A DNA stretch of 59,641 nt, filler included, from Sphacelaria rigidula (Eukaryota): the NCBI GenBank assembly GCA_964200075.2. It is 10 parts of 10 records of this genome, joined end to end, with 100 filler letters (N's around TTAATTAATTAA, not from the genome) between each part and the next. Parts side by side here need not be neighbours in the genome. Positions count along the whole stretch, not along the records: positions 11,951 to 17,825 come from CAXNAA020023810.1; positions 17,926 to 23,799 come from CAXNAA020023811.1; positions 23,900 to 29,773 come from CAXNAA020023812.1; 7 more parts are not named here. One strand, written 5' to 3'. How positions within the stretch are numbered: the stretch's first letter is position 1; each line of letters starts with the position of its first letter. The notes below the pieces were generated by a model. The model was not told the DNA's origin. It saw only the letters and a list, made by a program, of their open reading frames with translations, and made no database searches. Below, piece after piece: positions 12,698 through 23,984 of this stretch. Made by a program: the position numbers and the translations under genes.

Positions 12698-13071
12698 GTA
12701 TGACACCATAGGGTGGCTCTCGTACACGCCGAAACGAGCGCAACAGTGTAGCTCTGATTCGATTCCCCTTCAATTAATCGTGTACGCATACTCGTGCACT
12801 TCTAGAACCGTGACGCTTGAGTGACAGTAGCAGCCTTCACGGCATGGATACTATGTTGTGATGGTCGTATCGAAGTCGTGTGGCTCTGACTGATTTCTTT
12901 GAGGTTTTGCGTGCTTTGCCGAATGTCTGCCGACAGAGTGAAAGCTGTTCGAATTTGGTCGTATTCTGTTATTCGCATAGCGTGGGCAACGTTTGTCCTG
13001 CAACTATGAGCTCTGCACGTGCTGACTGAAACAAATACCGAGAGGGATTGTTCGTCTGCTATCTCGAGCAG

Positions 13072-13209
13072 GTCGAACTTTCAGGTCCTGTAAACGGCAA
13101 GGCTGAATGGCCCTCAGAACTTAAGCCAGTGGCTTGGAACGAAGAAGGAGACATGGTTCGGATGAAGCTGGGCCTCTACCACTCCACGCACAACGTGGCA
13201 GACGGAGAA
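13072..13209 (+). CDS. Polysaccharide lyase-like protein, exon b (domain 1, KLGLY motif)
   Basis: gcag acceptor, gaa|gtgagt donor, phase 0/0. Encodes VELSGPVNGKAEWPSELKPVAWNEEGDMVRMKLGLYHSTHNVADGE. KxGxY is the C-terminal catalytic-Tyr motif of jelly-roll lyases. Confidence 0.8.
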
Positions 13210-13502
13210 GTGAGTGGAAGATTTTTGAAATGCAGGACCACCGTGGATATTGCACGCGATATTGCGACCGACTTTCGTAACACGTTTGGCAACGGGATCG
13301 GCGGGCTACCCTGAAGGAAACATGCGGGGTCTGATCATCGTTGCTCGAATCTCATAGTCGACCTGTGGCTTAACCCTGAGCGAGATATTATCTTGGCCCA
13401 TCTAACCGCCAACACCTAGCTCGATGAAAAGTGAGTGTCTGAGTGTCGCTCGGAGAAACTCGGGCCGACGTGATTCTCCCCTCGGAATGATTGATCGTGC
13501 AG

Positions 13503-13619
13503 GTGGAGTACAAGAACATCTCGATCGAAGGACCCAATGGTATCATCCGCACCAGTCCCGAAATGGGTGACAGCAAAGAAGAGGAAAACAACCAGCAATG
13601 CACTATCGACGGTCACACG
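13503..13619 (+). CDS. Polysaccharide lyase-like protein, exon c (end of domain 1 plus linker)
   Basis: tgcag acceptor, acg|gtgaga donor, phase 0/0. Encodes VEYKNISIEGPNGIIRTSPEMGDSKEEENNQQCTIDGHT. Confidence 0.7.
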
Positions 13620-14050
13620 GTGAGAACCCTGTGGTAGGCGTGCAAGAAAGCAATCGTGCCGAAATAGCACACAACACGTTCCGGGGATCCATTGGTCGAG
13701 GCACACAAAATCTGTGCTATGCCGGTAGAGAAAGCACTCTACTACAACATGCTCGAGATCCCGTGGAACACCAGCCACGGCAAACGCTATGCTCAAGCAT
13801 CTGTTGTATGTACCATATTATGCCCTCATGGCCTATAATATGCTAATGAGGTGCATATCCCATTGGTACAGTGTACAGCCAGACTGCCAAACGGTAAGTT
13901 TGAAGGAACAAATGAATGAAAAGAAGGTAGTGCAGATATTAGGAGATCCACCTTACCTTGCCAATAATGAGTTATCCTGGCTAGCGTCTACAAGGTTCGC
14001 GTACGTCTTGTCGTCTTCCCCGCCCATGCACTTGCGATTCCTCGCCAAAG

Positions 14051-14208
14051 GGAGAGTGCGAGATGGTGGACATCACGTGCGATGCTCTCGCGGGCAACCA
14101 GATCGACTGGGAGTGTGTATTCGGTCCTGGAGCGCTGGAAGAGGTCCATCAAAGGGGTGGTCTCTTCACGACTTGCCCCACAGGTTCCAAATTGGAGCCA
14201 TGCTCAAG
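14051..14208 (+). CDS. Polysaccharide lyase-like protein, exon d (Cys-rich linker or start of domain 2)
   Basis: Pyrimidine tract plus aag acceptor, ag|gtgcga donor (phase 2, matching the next exon). Encodes GECEMVDITCDALAGNQIDWECVFGPGALEEVHQRGGLFTTCPTGSKLEPCS(R). Confidence 0.55.
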
Positions 14209-14684
14209 GTGCGACTGACGTTCGTTCTGTCATGCACGATAGCTTTACATTGTACATCGCTCGACATATAGAAAAGGGTAATGTCACATCCACCCCCCCA
14301 ATTCGGGTTGGTTAGACACCTATGAGGCAGTGTATCAACCGTGGCTGTCTCGGGAAGTGACGATGCTAGAAAATAGAGCAACTCATTAGAGGCTGTCATC
14401 CAGATGCAAGTTTATCAGTAGGCTTCGGGCCGAACAACCTTAGCAGGATGCAGCTCACCCTTCATGCGACTCGCCAAACACACCACGGCGCTTTGCGCTT
14501 GGTGNNNNNNNNNNTCCGTCCCGGCTTTGTAGGGATGCGAGGTCAATGGTCTTATGACTATAGCACGCATGATCATTAGTACACCCATGCGGGCTTTCAG
14601 TTCTATCCCTATATCGTCGCATCCCTCGTATGTATGGGGATCAAGTTACATCCGCCGTGACTTTACAGTTCTTCCAAGTATAAG

Positions 14685-16135
14685 TCCCATGGGCCTCGGG
14701 TAGATACAGCAACACCCGGAATTCACTCACACAGTCACTAGGCATCACCCAAGCCACCAAGCGGTGAAACGGGTCGGTGGTGGCGGACGAGAAATGTACT
14801 TACTGTAAACAGTGCTGAGGAGCATCGCACCCACAAAGGATCTAGTTACATCGCACGAGATTCAACAACTCCTCCTGATGTTGTTCCCATGGGCCTAGCT
14901 AGCATGGACACAGCTACACCTGGAATTCACTCATACGGTCCCTAGCCACCGTCCAAGTAACTGCATGGTGCAAGCGGCTCCGTAGAGGACGGCAAACGCA
15001 CTTCGTCTGTCATCACGTCGTGGTGCTACACACAGAAACCGCGTATCACCTGCATGTATCGGCGAATACTTCGAGTTTAAAACCTCCAAGTCTTGAACCA
15101 TGTGGATATGACGGCAGCAGTAGCAGCAGCGGCATCTCGCGAGGATGCAAACATTTTGTTACGCTTACGGCTTGTAGGGTAAGAGCTCGGTGCAGGTTGC
15201 GGGGGAACTCAAAACGTGTGCCTGCTTTTGATAGCGGGAACGTTGCAGGTAATGAGGAGTGCAACACCTACGCAGGTGGGTGACCGCTAGTACATGTTGA
15301 AATGTGTGCGCGGACCGCGTGCGTTTTGGGCCGCATCGGAGTTTAAACGCCCCCATGGTCAGGGTAGTAAGGGTCAGGGTTAATGTTGGCGTTGGGGTCA
15401 GGGGCGCGGTACCTGCAGGGGCTGGCCGGAGCGGTCTTGAAAAATGTCGGTCCCGGGGTGCTTTCACCTCCGATGCGATCCAAACAGTACGCGGTCCGCT
15501 CACCCATTACACATGTTACCGGCATTATTTTCACCACAAGCCACAAATATTTCCAACATGTTGTACTCCCCATTGTCTGAACCGTTCCCGCTATCAAAAG
15601 CAGGCACACGTTTTGAGTTCCCCCGCAACCTGTACCGAGCTCTTACCCTACAAGCCGTAACCGTAAGAAAGTGGTTGCATTTCCGCGAGATGCCGCTGTT
15701 GCTACTGCTGTCGTCATATCCACATGATTCAAGACTTGGAGGTTTCAAACTCGAAGTATTCGCGGGTACGTGCAGGTGATACGCAGTTTCTGTGTGTAGC
15801 ATCACGACGCGGCGGAAACTGGAGTACGTTTGCCGTCCTCTACGGAGGCGCTTGCACCGTGAAGTAACTTGGGCGGTGGCTAGGGACCGTGTGGGTGAAT
15901 TCCGGATGTAGCTGTGTCAATACTAGGCCCATGGGAACAACATCAGAATGTGTTGTTGAATCTCGTGCGATGTATCTAAATCCTTCGTGGGTGCGATGTT
16001 CCTCAGCGCTGCTTATAGTAAGCACAAATCTCGGCTACCACCGATCCGTTTTCACCGTTCGGTGACTTGGGCGATGGCTAGGGACGGTGTGAGTGAATTC
16101 CGCGTGTTGCTCTATCTACTCGAGGCCCATGGGAC
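14685..16135. mobile_element. Foldback element with ~600-bp inverted arms (~14685-15300 and ~15550-16135), inside a lyase-gene intron
   Basis: The arms are reverse complements along their length (gtcccatgggcctcg / cgaggcccatgggac; ggggaactcaaaacgtgtgcctgcttttgatagcgggaac / gttcccgctatcaaaagcaggcacacgttttgagttcccc). Mirrored ORFs appear in the ORF track. Confidence 0.85.
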
Positions 16136-16729
16136 GATTACCTGGGGGTATTGTGAAAGCATGGGGGATGAAACCAAATGCCCCGCACGGGGGGGGGGTG
16201 TAGCATTGCCCCAGAGCAAATGTACCCACGTGCATATGGTTGCCGCCATGCGTGTAAACTTGTAGGGCACTTTCACGTCGTCAGTTCGTTTCATATCGTG
16301 AATATGGTTAATCAACGGTGAAGCAGCACAGTAGGTGTACCTACGGGGGGAAAAGTCGGGCATGAATGGCTGTCGACTGTAACGAGGTCGCAGTTCGCAC
16401 GAGTGGCCGCTGGTATGTACGTTGTCTGCATTTCCCAAATGTAGTGGGAATTCCAGCATAGGTTTATGGGTTGCAAGCCTGGCATTGTGCCAAAATCCCG
16501 CACCATTACACAGGTACAGTGCAATTGATTGATATGAGTACGCCGGATCGAACTCGTGGCGATTGATTTGACCGCATTGTGGCGGGATCCCGCACTTCAC
16601 ATGGCCGCACTGCGAGGGCCCCCCAACGGTAGGTCGCGGGCTGCACGAAAAAACAGTCCATAGATTATCCCGTGCCGATGTGTGCAATGTCTTCGCTTCT
16701 TGATAAGCCACATGTATATGCTCTCATAG

Positions 16730-16856
16730 GTTTATTGTGGAGAAGGAGAAAGAACGCTCGGAGGTGAAGGTCCAGGAGGGTCCCGAAGGCTTCGGTTTTC
16801 TCAAAGGCGAGAAGTACATCTTCAAGTACAGCGTCCGTCCAAAGGAGGGCATGAAG
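16730..16856 (+). CDS. Polysaccharide lyase-like protein, exon e (domain 2, RSEVK motif)
   Basis: catag acceptor, aag|gtgacg donor. Encodes FIVEKEKERSEVKVQEGPEGFGFLKGEKYIFKYSVRPKEGMK. RSEVK resembles the PL7 RxE(L/V)R motif. Confidence 0.75.
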
Positions 16857-17280
16857 GTGACGAAACGATCGGATCCCCCCATGTCGCTTACACGTCAAGA
16901 GGCCATCCCCATTCACGTGATTATCAGCGGTTGAACAAATGTAGGCGTGTAGTGTAAATAATTCATGAGTGACAATACCTCCCACTAGTACTTCTGCCGC
17001 TTTGATTATCCATGTTCACGCTGAAGAGAAAATACGTTGCAGGCAGGGTCGTGGTAAAATATTGCTATCGACGCAACTCCTGGCATCCGTCGATCGACTG
17101 ACGGATGACTACGAAAGCGCCACGTCTGTCGTTAGTTTTGAAGTGGTCCCCTAGAATTGTGATCTAGCATCCCGTGCACTCCTCGGTCAGACCGGCTGTG
17201 CGTTGCTTACTAGAGTATTTTCCGACCCACTTGCTCTCACGTATATCCCACTGGCAATCGTAACACTGGTGGTGAATCAG

Positions 17281-17517
17281 GTGGCCAGCAGATTCACACA
17301 TCTCGGTCAGCTTAAGGGTTCGAAGAATGGCTATATGGTATCCGGCGACCCCATCTACTCTCTCACGGCCAATCACCACGGGCTTCATGTACGCTTCAGC
17401 AACAAGGAATCCATTGAGGATTACGTCGATGGGTTTTCCACGCCCCTGAGCTGGGAAGACGCGACCGGGGAATGGGTGCACGTGACGATTACCACGGTGT
17501 TTGGAAAGTCTATGAAG
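17281..17517 (+). CDS. Polysaccharide lyase-like protein, exon f (domain 2, QLK motif; gene continues beyond the contig)
   Basis: atcag acceptor, aag|gtgtgt donor. Encodes VASRFTHLGQLKGSKNGYMVSGDPIYSLTANHHGLHVRFSNKESIEDYVDGFSTPLSWEDATGEWVHVTITTVFGKSMK. Differs from exon a at 12 of about 76 aligned residues. Confidence 0.8.
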
Positions 17518-19561
17518 GTGTGTTGGTCGGCGAAGTCGCGAAGGTGCCATGCCATACAGACATGGTTAATCAAGAATCGAGGATGCCCCATGTTGTACAT
17601 CACTTTGCCACCACAGAGCCGAAGCCATCTGAAACGGATCTGTTGCATATACTTTCCTACTGACAAGGCTTTGAGGTGTCGGCTGTCAGGGCACACAGAG
17701 CGCTGGATCCATGCACCGTGCGACACTTTCTACGATACCCCCCCCGAAACCAGCTCAAACGTGTCACGAAAAAAACGGTCATACAGCGCCTGATGTTTGA
17801 GTTCAGGCTGCATGAAGCGCCTCATNNNNNNNNNNNNNNNNNNNNNNNNNNNNNNNNNNNNNNNNNNNNTTAATTAATTAANNNNNNNNNNNNNNNNNNN
17901 NNNNNNNNNNNNNNNNNNNNNNNNNCAGATTTTTTCTCACTAACTTTTGTTCAGCGGCCAATCTCGAAACCTCGGAGCCAAGCGAATCTGAAAAGCAGAC
18001 GAGGCCCCTCTCTGTGGGGTGATGTAAAGTGTCCGAGACGTGTGTTGACGGTTTCCCCTGTTTGGGGGTCAAGAGGTGGGTCAAAGGTCCCGAAAGTGAA
18101 CAATCCGTGGGCCAAAAATCTGCGTGCCATAACTTCCGGCCTTAGTTCAAGGTATTTGAAGAACCCCGTCGACCCCCTTCCTCGAGTTGATACCGCATAT
18201 ACCGTACCGCGTGGGGGCGATCTGCACAGACGAGTTTCTTGTTGTGAATCAGTCTACGCGATACTTGGGAGGGTTTTGCGGTACATGGTGATTGATTTGA
18301 TTGGTTCACTGTCTCGCATCAAGTGACCCACTAGGAAGCGAGTCCTGGGCAACAGATCAGACGTGCTTGGACGAAATGGTTGCCCTCCAGCCCTAATTTC
18401 GAACCCTTTTGGAACTCACAATGAAAAATTGATCATTTTCATTTGACGGTTTTTGAGCAAGATATGGTCGATGGTTTACAGCTCACACGCAACAACATTC
18501 ACCTAATGCGTATTTTTCAGACCCGTGCAACTGAGAAGTGGAACAAAAGAAGGTTTCCTATTTACCGATGTGCCGTACCAGACCCTGGAATCCATTGCTG
18601 TTTTTTTAATGGAATATTTCATAGTGCTTTTGCTGATTACAGTATTGTCGATGGACACAATTGGAAACACTTCATCCGTTGCGTGATATGATTGGACAAA
18701 CCTCACCCGACCTCTCCAGGGGGGACGTTTTTTCTGCACCCCCCCGCGTGTGCTACTGGATTCTTCTTCGGTTTTCCATTCTAAAATGGTTGCCATCGGC
18801 CTTTTTTGCTTCCATATTTTCCTCTTTGTCAGGGCTTCTCATGATGAGGCGTTTGGCCCGGGGACAGGAGGGGAAGGTTCCAAAAGGGTTAATAAAGGTG
18901 CACCGTCCCTTCCGCGTGGCTCCTGCCTTGAGTGACTCTTGACACAAAAACAAGTAGACTCTCTGGCTGGGGGACGTTGTTCGTTGACTCCCATGTCTGC
19001 CGTTGCAAACGTTTGTGATTTGATTATTTTGTAAGGAAATCCCTGCGGCAAATTTCCTAGGATCTCCGTAGCCAAAGAGCCAAGATCTGCTTGCACTTTC
19101 TGTCGATGACTCGTGTCACGACTCTTATCTATTGGGGTCGCGTCATGTCGCAGTACCGAAGGTATCCCCGTCATTACATGAAACTCTCCGACGCAACTCA
19201 CGTATATAAAAGAAGAAAAAACCGTGACTGAACCTCTTTCAATTTACCTCTAGGGATTGTTTTCTCCAACCTGTGTGAACGTATATTCCTGCGTTTCATG
19301 CGAAGATGGGAAAGATCTGCGTGGAAGCCGAATGGTCGGAGGAGCAAAGAAACAAGGCCAGGATCGCGAGTGCGAATGAAAAGCTGGGCATAGGAACACG
19401 CCGAGGATCAGGTAAAGTTTGTAACATTGCCCGGACAAACATCATTGCCGTCATGGCATACGTTGTAGTATAAAGCAACGGCATGGCTTGTGTGGTACAA
19501 TTGGTACACCGCCAGTGGGGAATGGAGATTGTGGATCCGGATCCCGACAGATATGATGGGA

Positions 19562-19935
19562 TATTGATTGGTGGATTGATTGCCGCACGTAAACTGACCT
19601 CCCAGGGATCCACCCGTGGTCACATGATGGGCGTACCCGAGACAAAACAAAACTGCAACACTCGCTGAAGAGAAGGAGAAGAAAAAAAACAAATAAACAA
19701 ACAAACACAAGAAAGTAGAACAGGCGGACGGAGTAAACTGAGAAAATAAGAAGAAAACAAAAAAAGAAGGGAAGAAGGAGAATATATACAAGTATGTACT
19801 TTTTGCGGGATATATTTTTCGTCGTAAACCCTCTGACCGTGCGGGTAGGCCACCTGCTGAATCGGCATCGACGTTCACTTGAAAAAAGTATGCGTGATCC
19901 AGATGGACTTACCGCACCGCGGTCTGAGGGTTAGA
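19562..19935 (-). mobile_element. Short retroposon-like repeat with CAAT-type tail; its 5' part also occurs at ~560-650 (+)
   Basis: Reverse complement of 19840-19935 (gaccgcg...tggatca.gc.tacttttttcaagtgaa...gatg.cgattca.cag.tg.ccta) matches 560-650. The 3' end matches 2470-2582. Confidence 0.55.
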
Positions 19936-20345
19936 AGGGTGAGGACACGGTTTGGAAATAAGTTTTGGTGAGCGTCGACGGGGTGTGGGAGTGCTGATGG
20001 TCATTGTCCAGTCCCCCATAACATCTCGTGCCGGTACCGCCGAGCGAGTGGTAGGTTAATCTCATGAGACGACAGGCTCGTCCCGCGAGGAGGGGGTAAA
20101 ATTATGCATACGTCGGACAGCTCATGAGCTGCCTATAATAACTAATCGAATAGGATAACAGTCACTTCTCTTACCCAACCCCGGGCTCTGAACCTTGGTG
20201 TACTTCGCGGGTTTGAAGCAATCCTGATCGTTCTCGTGCACAAGTGAAGAGGAGTGTTTTTTTTTTGTTTCTACTTATTCATTGCGCCAGATCCGAAAAA
20301 CTATATCTTTCAGACCACTGACGGTCGACAACACCAATTGAAGAT

Positions 20346-20702
20346 TGTGTCCTGAGACCATCTTGTATGGCAACCAACCCGCATGTGTACAAATATGAGC
20401 ATTTCAGCCCGTTTACAGGCGATTTTCTCCCGCGGACTGATTTTTCGGACCCCAGTCCGTTGGGCGATGTCTTTCGGCTAGCTCTGAGGAAACCAGATCA
20501 ATTCTCCGACTATCTGGACGTTGACTTTTGGTCCATCACCTTTCTGCTCACATGCGGGATCACAGAGCCAGCCGAAAAACATTGCCCAACGGACTGGGGT
20601 CCGAAAAATCAATCCACGGGAGAAAATCGCCTTTAAACGGGCTGAAACGCTTTTATTTGTACAAATACGGATTGGTTGCTACACAAGATGGTCTGGGCAC
20701 GA
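20346..20702. mobile_element. MITE-like hairpin with ~135-bp inverted arms and a ~90-bp loop
   Basis: agaccatcttgt...atttttcggaccccagtccgttgggc (20349-20466) is mirrored by gcccaacggactggggtccgaaaaat...acaagatggtct (20584-20694). Confidence 0.8.
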
Positions 20703-21730
20703 CTTGTTTCCTTTCCTAATACCTATCGATGCTAAGACTGTCGAGTGCAAAGAAAGAATGCTACACAAAAACATTCAGAAAAGTACTGGAAAACAAAAAT
20801 TGCCCAACCAAGATCTGCATAACACAGGAATGGGGGGAGGGGGGTGGCGTACTCATTTGTTGCTTGCCTCAGTCATTTGACCATTGACCACGCATCCCNN
20901 NNNNNNNNGACAGAGCACCGTTCCTACTCCTAATAGAGACACCCTCAACATTCTGGCGTTCATTACATTTCTTCCGTACATTACAGGTGTGTGGGGTGAA
21001 ACATCCCGATCGCTCTCTTGAATAATTTTACAGAGCCTTATATTTTACTGCTACCTGTGCCAGAGCCGAAAATAAATGTGTTTTGGACCAAAACTGGCCA
21101 ATAACACCCCCTGTCAGTTCAGTCCGTAAGCCGCTCAATACATTGAGCGCAGAGATATTTTGTTTCGGAATGTGAAGCGGATGCCTTGTATCTCCCCATC
21201 TCCCTAGACTTCGGGAGCAAACGTTGACTGAGATGAGCAGGGACACGCGAAAACGGCATTGAAAATCGCCGACTGAGCAATGCTATGGTAGGGGTGCACT
21301 TTTTTCGCGAAATTATGCCAGTTCAGGGGCTCCTAACGATTCTAGATGCACAAAAATATGGGTCAGGGCATCCTCGTTTGCAAATTCATTCGGGGTATCC
21401 CCAGCACATCGGAGTAGTAATCCTGACGTACTTTCACACATTTTCATAGGTCGTGTTTTGCATGAGATAAAGGGCTGCTCCTAACCATTTTAACCTCAGA
21501 GAATATTTGTGTACCCCTACCGTAGCATCACTCACTCAGCCGCCGTTCCGGTACGGGGAACAGACGCAAACGATGAGTGCGCTCCCTACAAAATTGTCAA
21601 CGGGGGGCCGGTACACCAAACAAGAAGAGGGCCCAGTACTTTGGCTCTGACAACTACACGCCATGGCGCACTATTGCGGGGGGTACAGTTGATACAAGGA
21701 CATACTGTCTGTCCATGCATCCTCGCACAA

Positions 21731-23799
21731 GAGGGGGCAAACTCATTTGTTGCTTACCTTGGTCGTTTGACCATTGACCACGCATCCCTTTCGAGACGGA
21801 GCACCGTTCCTGCTCCAATAGAGACACCTTCAACATTTCGGCGCTCATTACGTTTCTTCCATACATTACACAAAAATCTTTTACATGTCATATCCCCGTC
21901 CTATTTCGCCGTCTGTGGCCACCATTTATCTCCTGGTATAGCCATCATTTTCTCCCTACTGTACTGTCTACTGCATCAAACGATTTCATACCACCTTCGT
22001 TCACGTCCCGCATTTCCCCCCCTAGCACGTCCCGTTCCTCCTTGTATAGCTCACATTCTGCCACTATATGACTTCTGCTCTCTATTGATTTGCCATAGAG
22101 GCAGTTCTGCGCGTCTGTTTCCTCCTCCTTTCGACGACTGGCATATCTCTTTCTTCTTTCTGGCAGGTGCAGGTCCCCCACCCGAAATCGCAGTTTCATA
22201 TTTTTCGCAGCGTCCATTGGGCCATGCAGATATGCTTTCATCTCGATTCCCTCCCGCAACCCCCCGTATATGTCCAGGTGTTCTTCCTCGTCTACCTTGC
22301 ATCTGAGCGCTCCTTCTTCCCTTACTTTTATCATATCTCTTACCTTTGCCTTGTACCCCGCGTCTTCATCTATTGATAGTATTTCGTCTCGGTGTCCTCC
22401 TATCTCCTTCCGTACTTTCTCGACTTCTCTATCCCACATTATAGCATGTCATTTCGTACTTTTCTTCTATATAGCCTTATCAACTATAGCCGGCGATCTC
22501 TTTCTCTGCATGTTCTTCGCGCTATATTGTCATCGCAATTTCCTCGTGTCTCTGTTTTTAGTGAGTACATTCCCAACTCTGCTCTCAGTGCTGTTTTACT
22601 CGTCGTTTTCAAGCATCCAAGTATCTTCTTAGCTGCTGCCATCTGTACTGTTTCTAACTTCTTCACCATTTTCACGTTCTCCCCCCATACTTTTCCTAGA
22701 CATTCCAGCTTTGGTACGATTACAATCATCTCGATATATCTCTTGATCCTAGTGTTTAGGTGCGAGTCTCTGAGGATTACGTTCATTTTGCCTATCTGTG
22801 CCTTACCCTTTTCTATTACTTTGTTCATGTGTGCATCTCAAGAACAGTGTTGACATCTCTGCGCTAAGGTATGTATACTGGTCTACGATCGGCAGTTCCT
22901 CTTCTCCCCACTTCCACTTGAACTCTACCGGAGTTTTCTTTCTTCGTTACAGACGAGTTCCGCGCATTTGTTAACCTTCGCTGTCACTCTCCATTTCCTA
23001 GTGTGTTCTAGCGCCTTGTCTATCTGTTGTTGCAATCCTTCTGCTGTTTCTGAAATCTCCACAAAATCATCTGCGACCATCAAACCGGATATCACATCTT
23101 CACCCACCTTGACTCCTTGCCTCGCTGCTTCTGATGCTAGTATCAAGTCAATATTAAATACCTTGAATGGACTGGATGATAACGTACATCCTTGTGCAAC
23201 TCCTTATAAGATATCAATATATTTCGATATTTCCCCGTCTAGCATCATGGCACTTTTGGTACATTCTGTCATCTTCTTGACCATTCTACACATCTTTCCT
23301 CTGATACCAGTTTCCCACAACTTTTTCCACAGCCCTTTTCTCCATACTGTGTCATGAGCGTTCTGCGCGTCCAGAAAGAAACAGCACGTTGTCAACCCGG
23401 CGTCTTTCCTATCTTGAATTATCTTACCCACTGTGTACACATGGTCTACGCAACTACGGTTTGGTCTGAAACCTGCTTGTGCCTCGCTGATTTTGTCGTC
23501 CTTTTCTAGCGCCGTTCCTACTATATCGTTCAGAATCTTACATAATGTTTTCCCTACCGTGCTAAGTAGCTTTATTCCTCTATAGTCCCCTGGGTCAGAC
23601 TTGTCTCCTTTTATGAAGAGAATGACGACTACTCCTTATCTCCACTTCTTGGGTGTGTACTCGTTTTCCCAAATCCAGTTGTACAGCATAACGATCGTGG
23701 TAATCATTCCATCTCCCCCGTACTTGAGAAACTCATTCACTACTCCGTCTGTCCCTGCTGCCTTTTTGTTCTTGAGCTTAGCTACGCACTCCTTTACTT
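21731..23799 (-). mobile_element. Decayed LINE: RT domain, C-terminal zinc-knuckle-like region and 3' end; 5' part cut by the contig end
   Basis: Frameshifted minus-strand segments encode YRGIKLLSTVGK, QAGFRPKR, CFFLDAQNAHDTVWRKGLWKKLWETGIRGKM, GVAQGCTLSS, GLMVADDFV and a C..G...ESRSHIVAECELY motif. Clade not determined. Confidence 0.92.
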
Positions 23800-23899
23800 N
23801 NNNNNNNNNNNNNNNNNNNNNNNNNNNNNNNNNNNNNNNNNNNTTAATTAATTAANNNNNNNNNNNNNNNNNNNNNNNNNNNNNNNNNNNNNNNNNNNN

Positions 23900-23970
23900 G
23901 GAATCGAACTCCATAACTCAACCATCAGAAGGTTACGAGGTTACCAACTGAGCCACTGGGGCGACCGGCT
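23900..23970 (-). mobile_element. tRNA-derived SINE head (Pol III A and B boxes), truncated by the contig end
   Basis: Minus strand reads agccggtcgccccagTGGCTCAGTTGGTaa...ggAGTTCGATTC. A related 5' end (caccggggcgcggcggct on +) caps the repeat at ~33545-33822. Confidence 0.6.
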
Positions 23971-23984
23971 CCATGTGTTGTCAA

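Noticed and set aside
21509..22306. 265-aa plus-strand ORF
   Set aside because: Antisense to the LINE ORF2 remnant.
23900..23970. Functional tRNA gene
   Set aside because: A and B boxes are present, but I cannot build a proper anticodon arm, the 3' end is cut off, and a related 5' end caps a dispersed repeat. A SINE head fits better.
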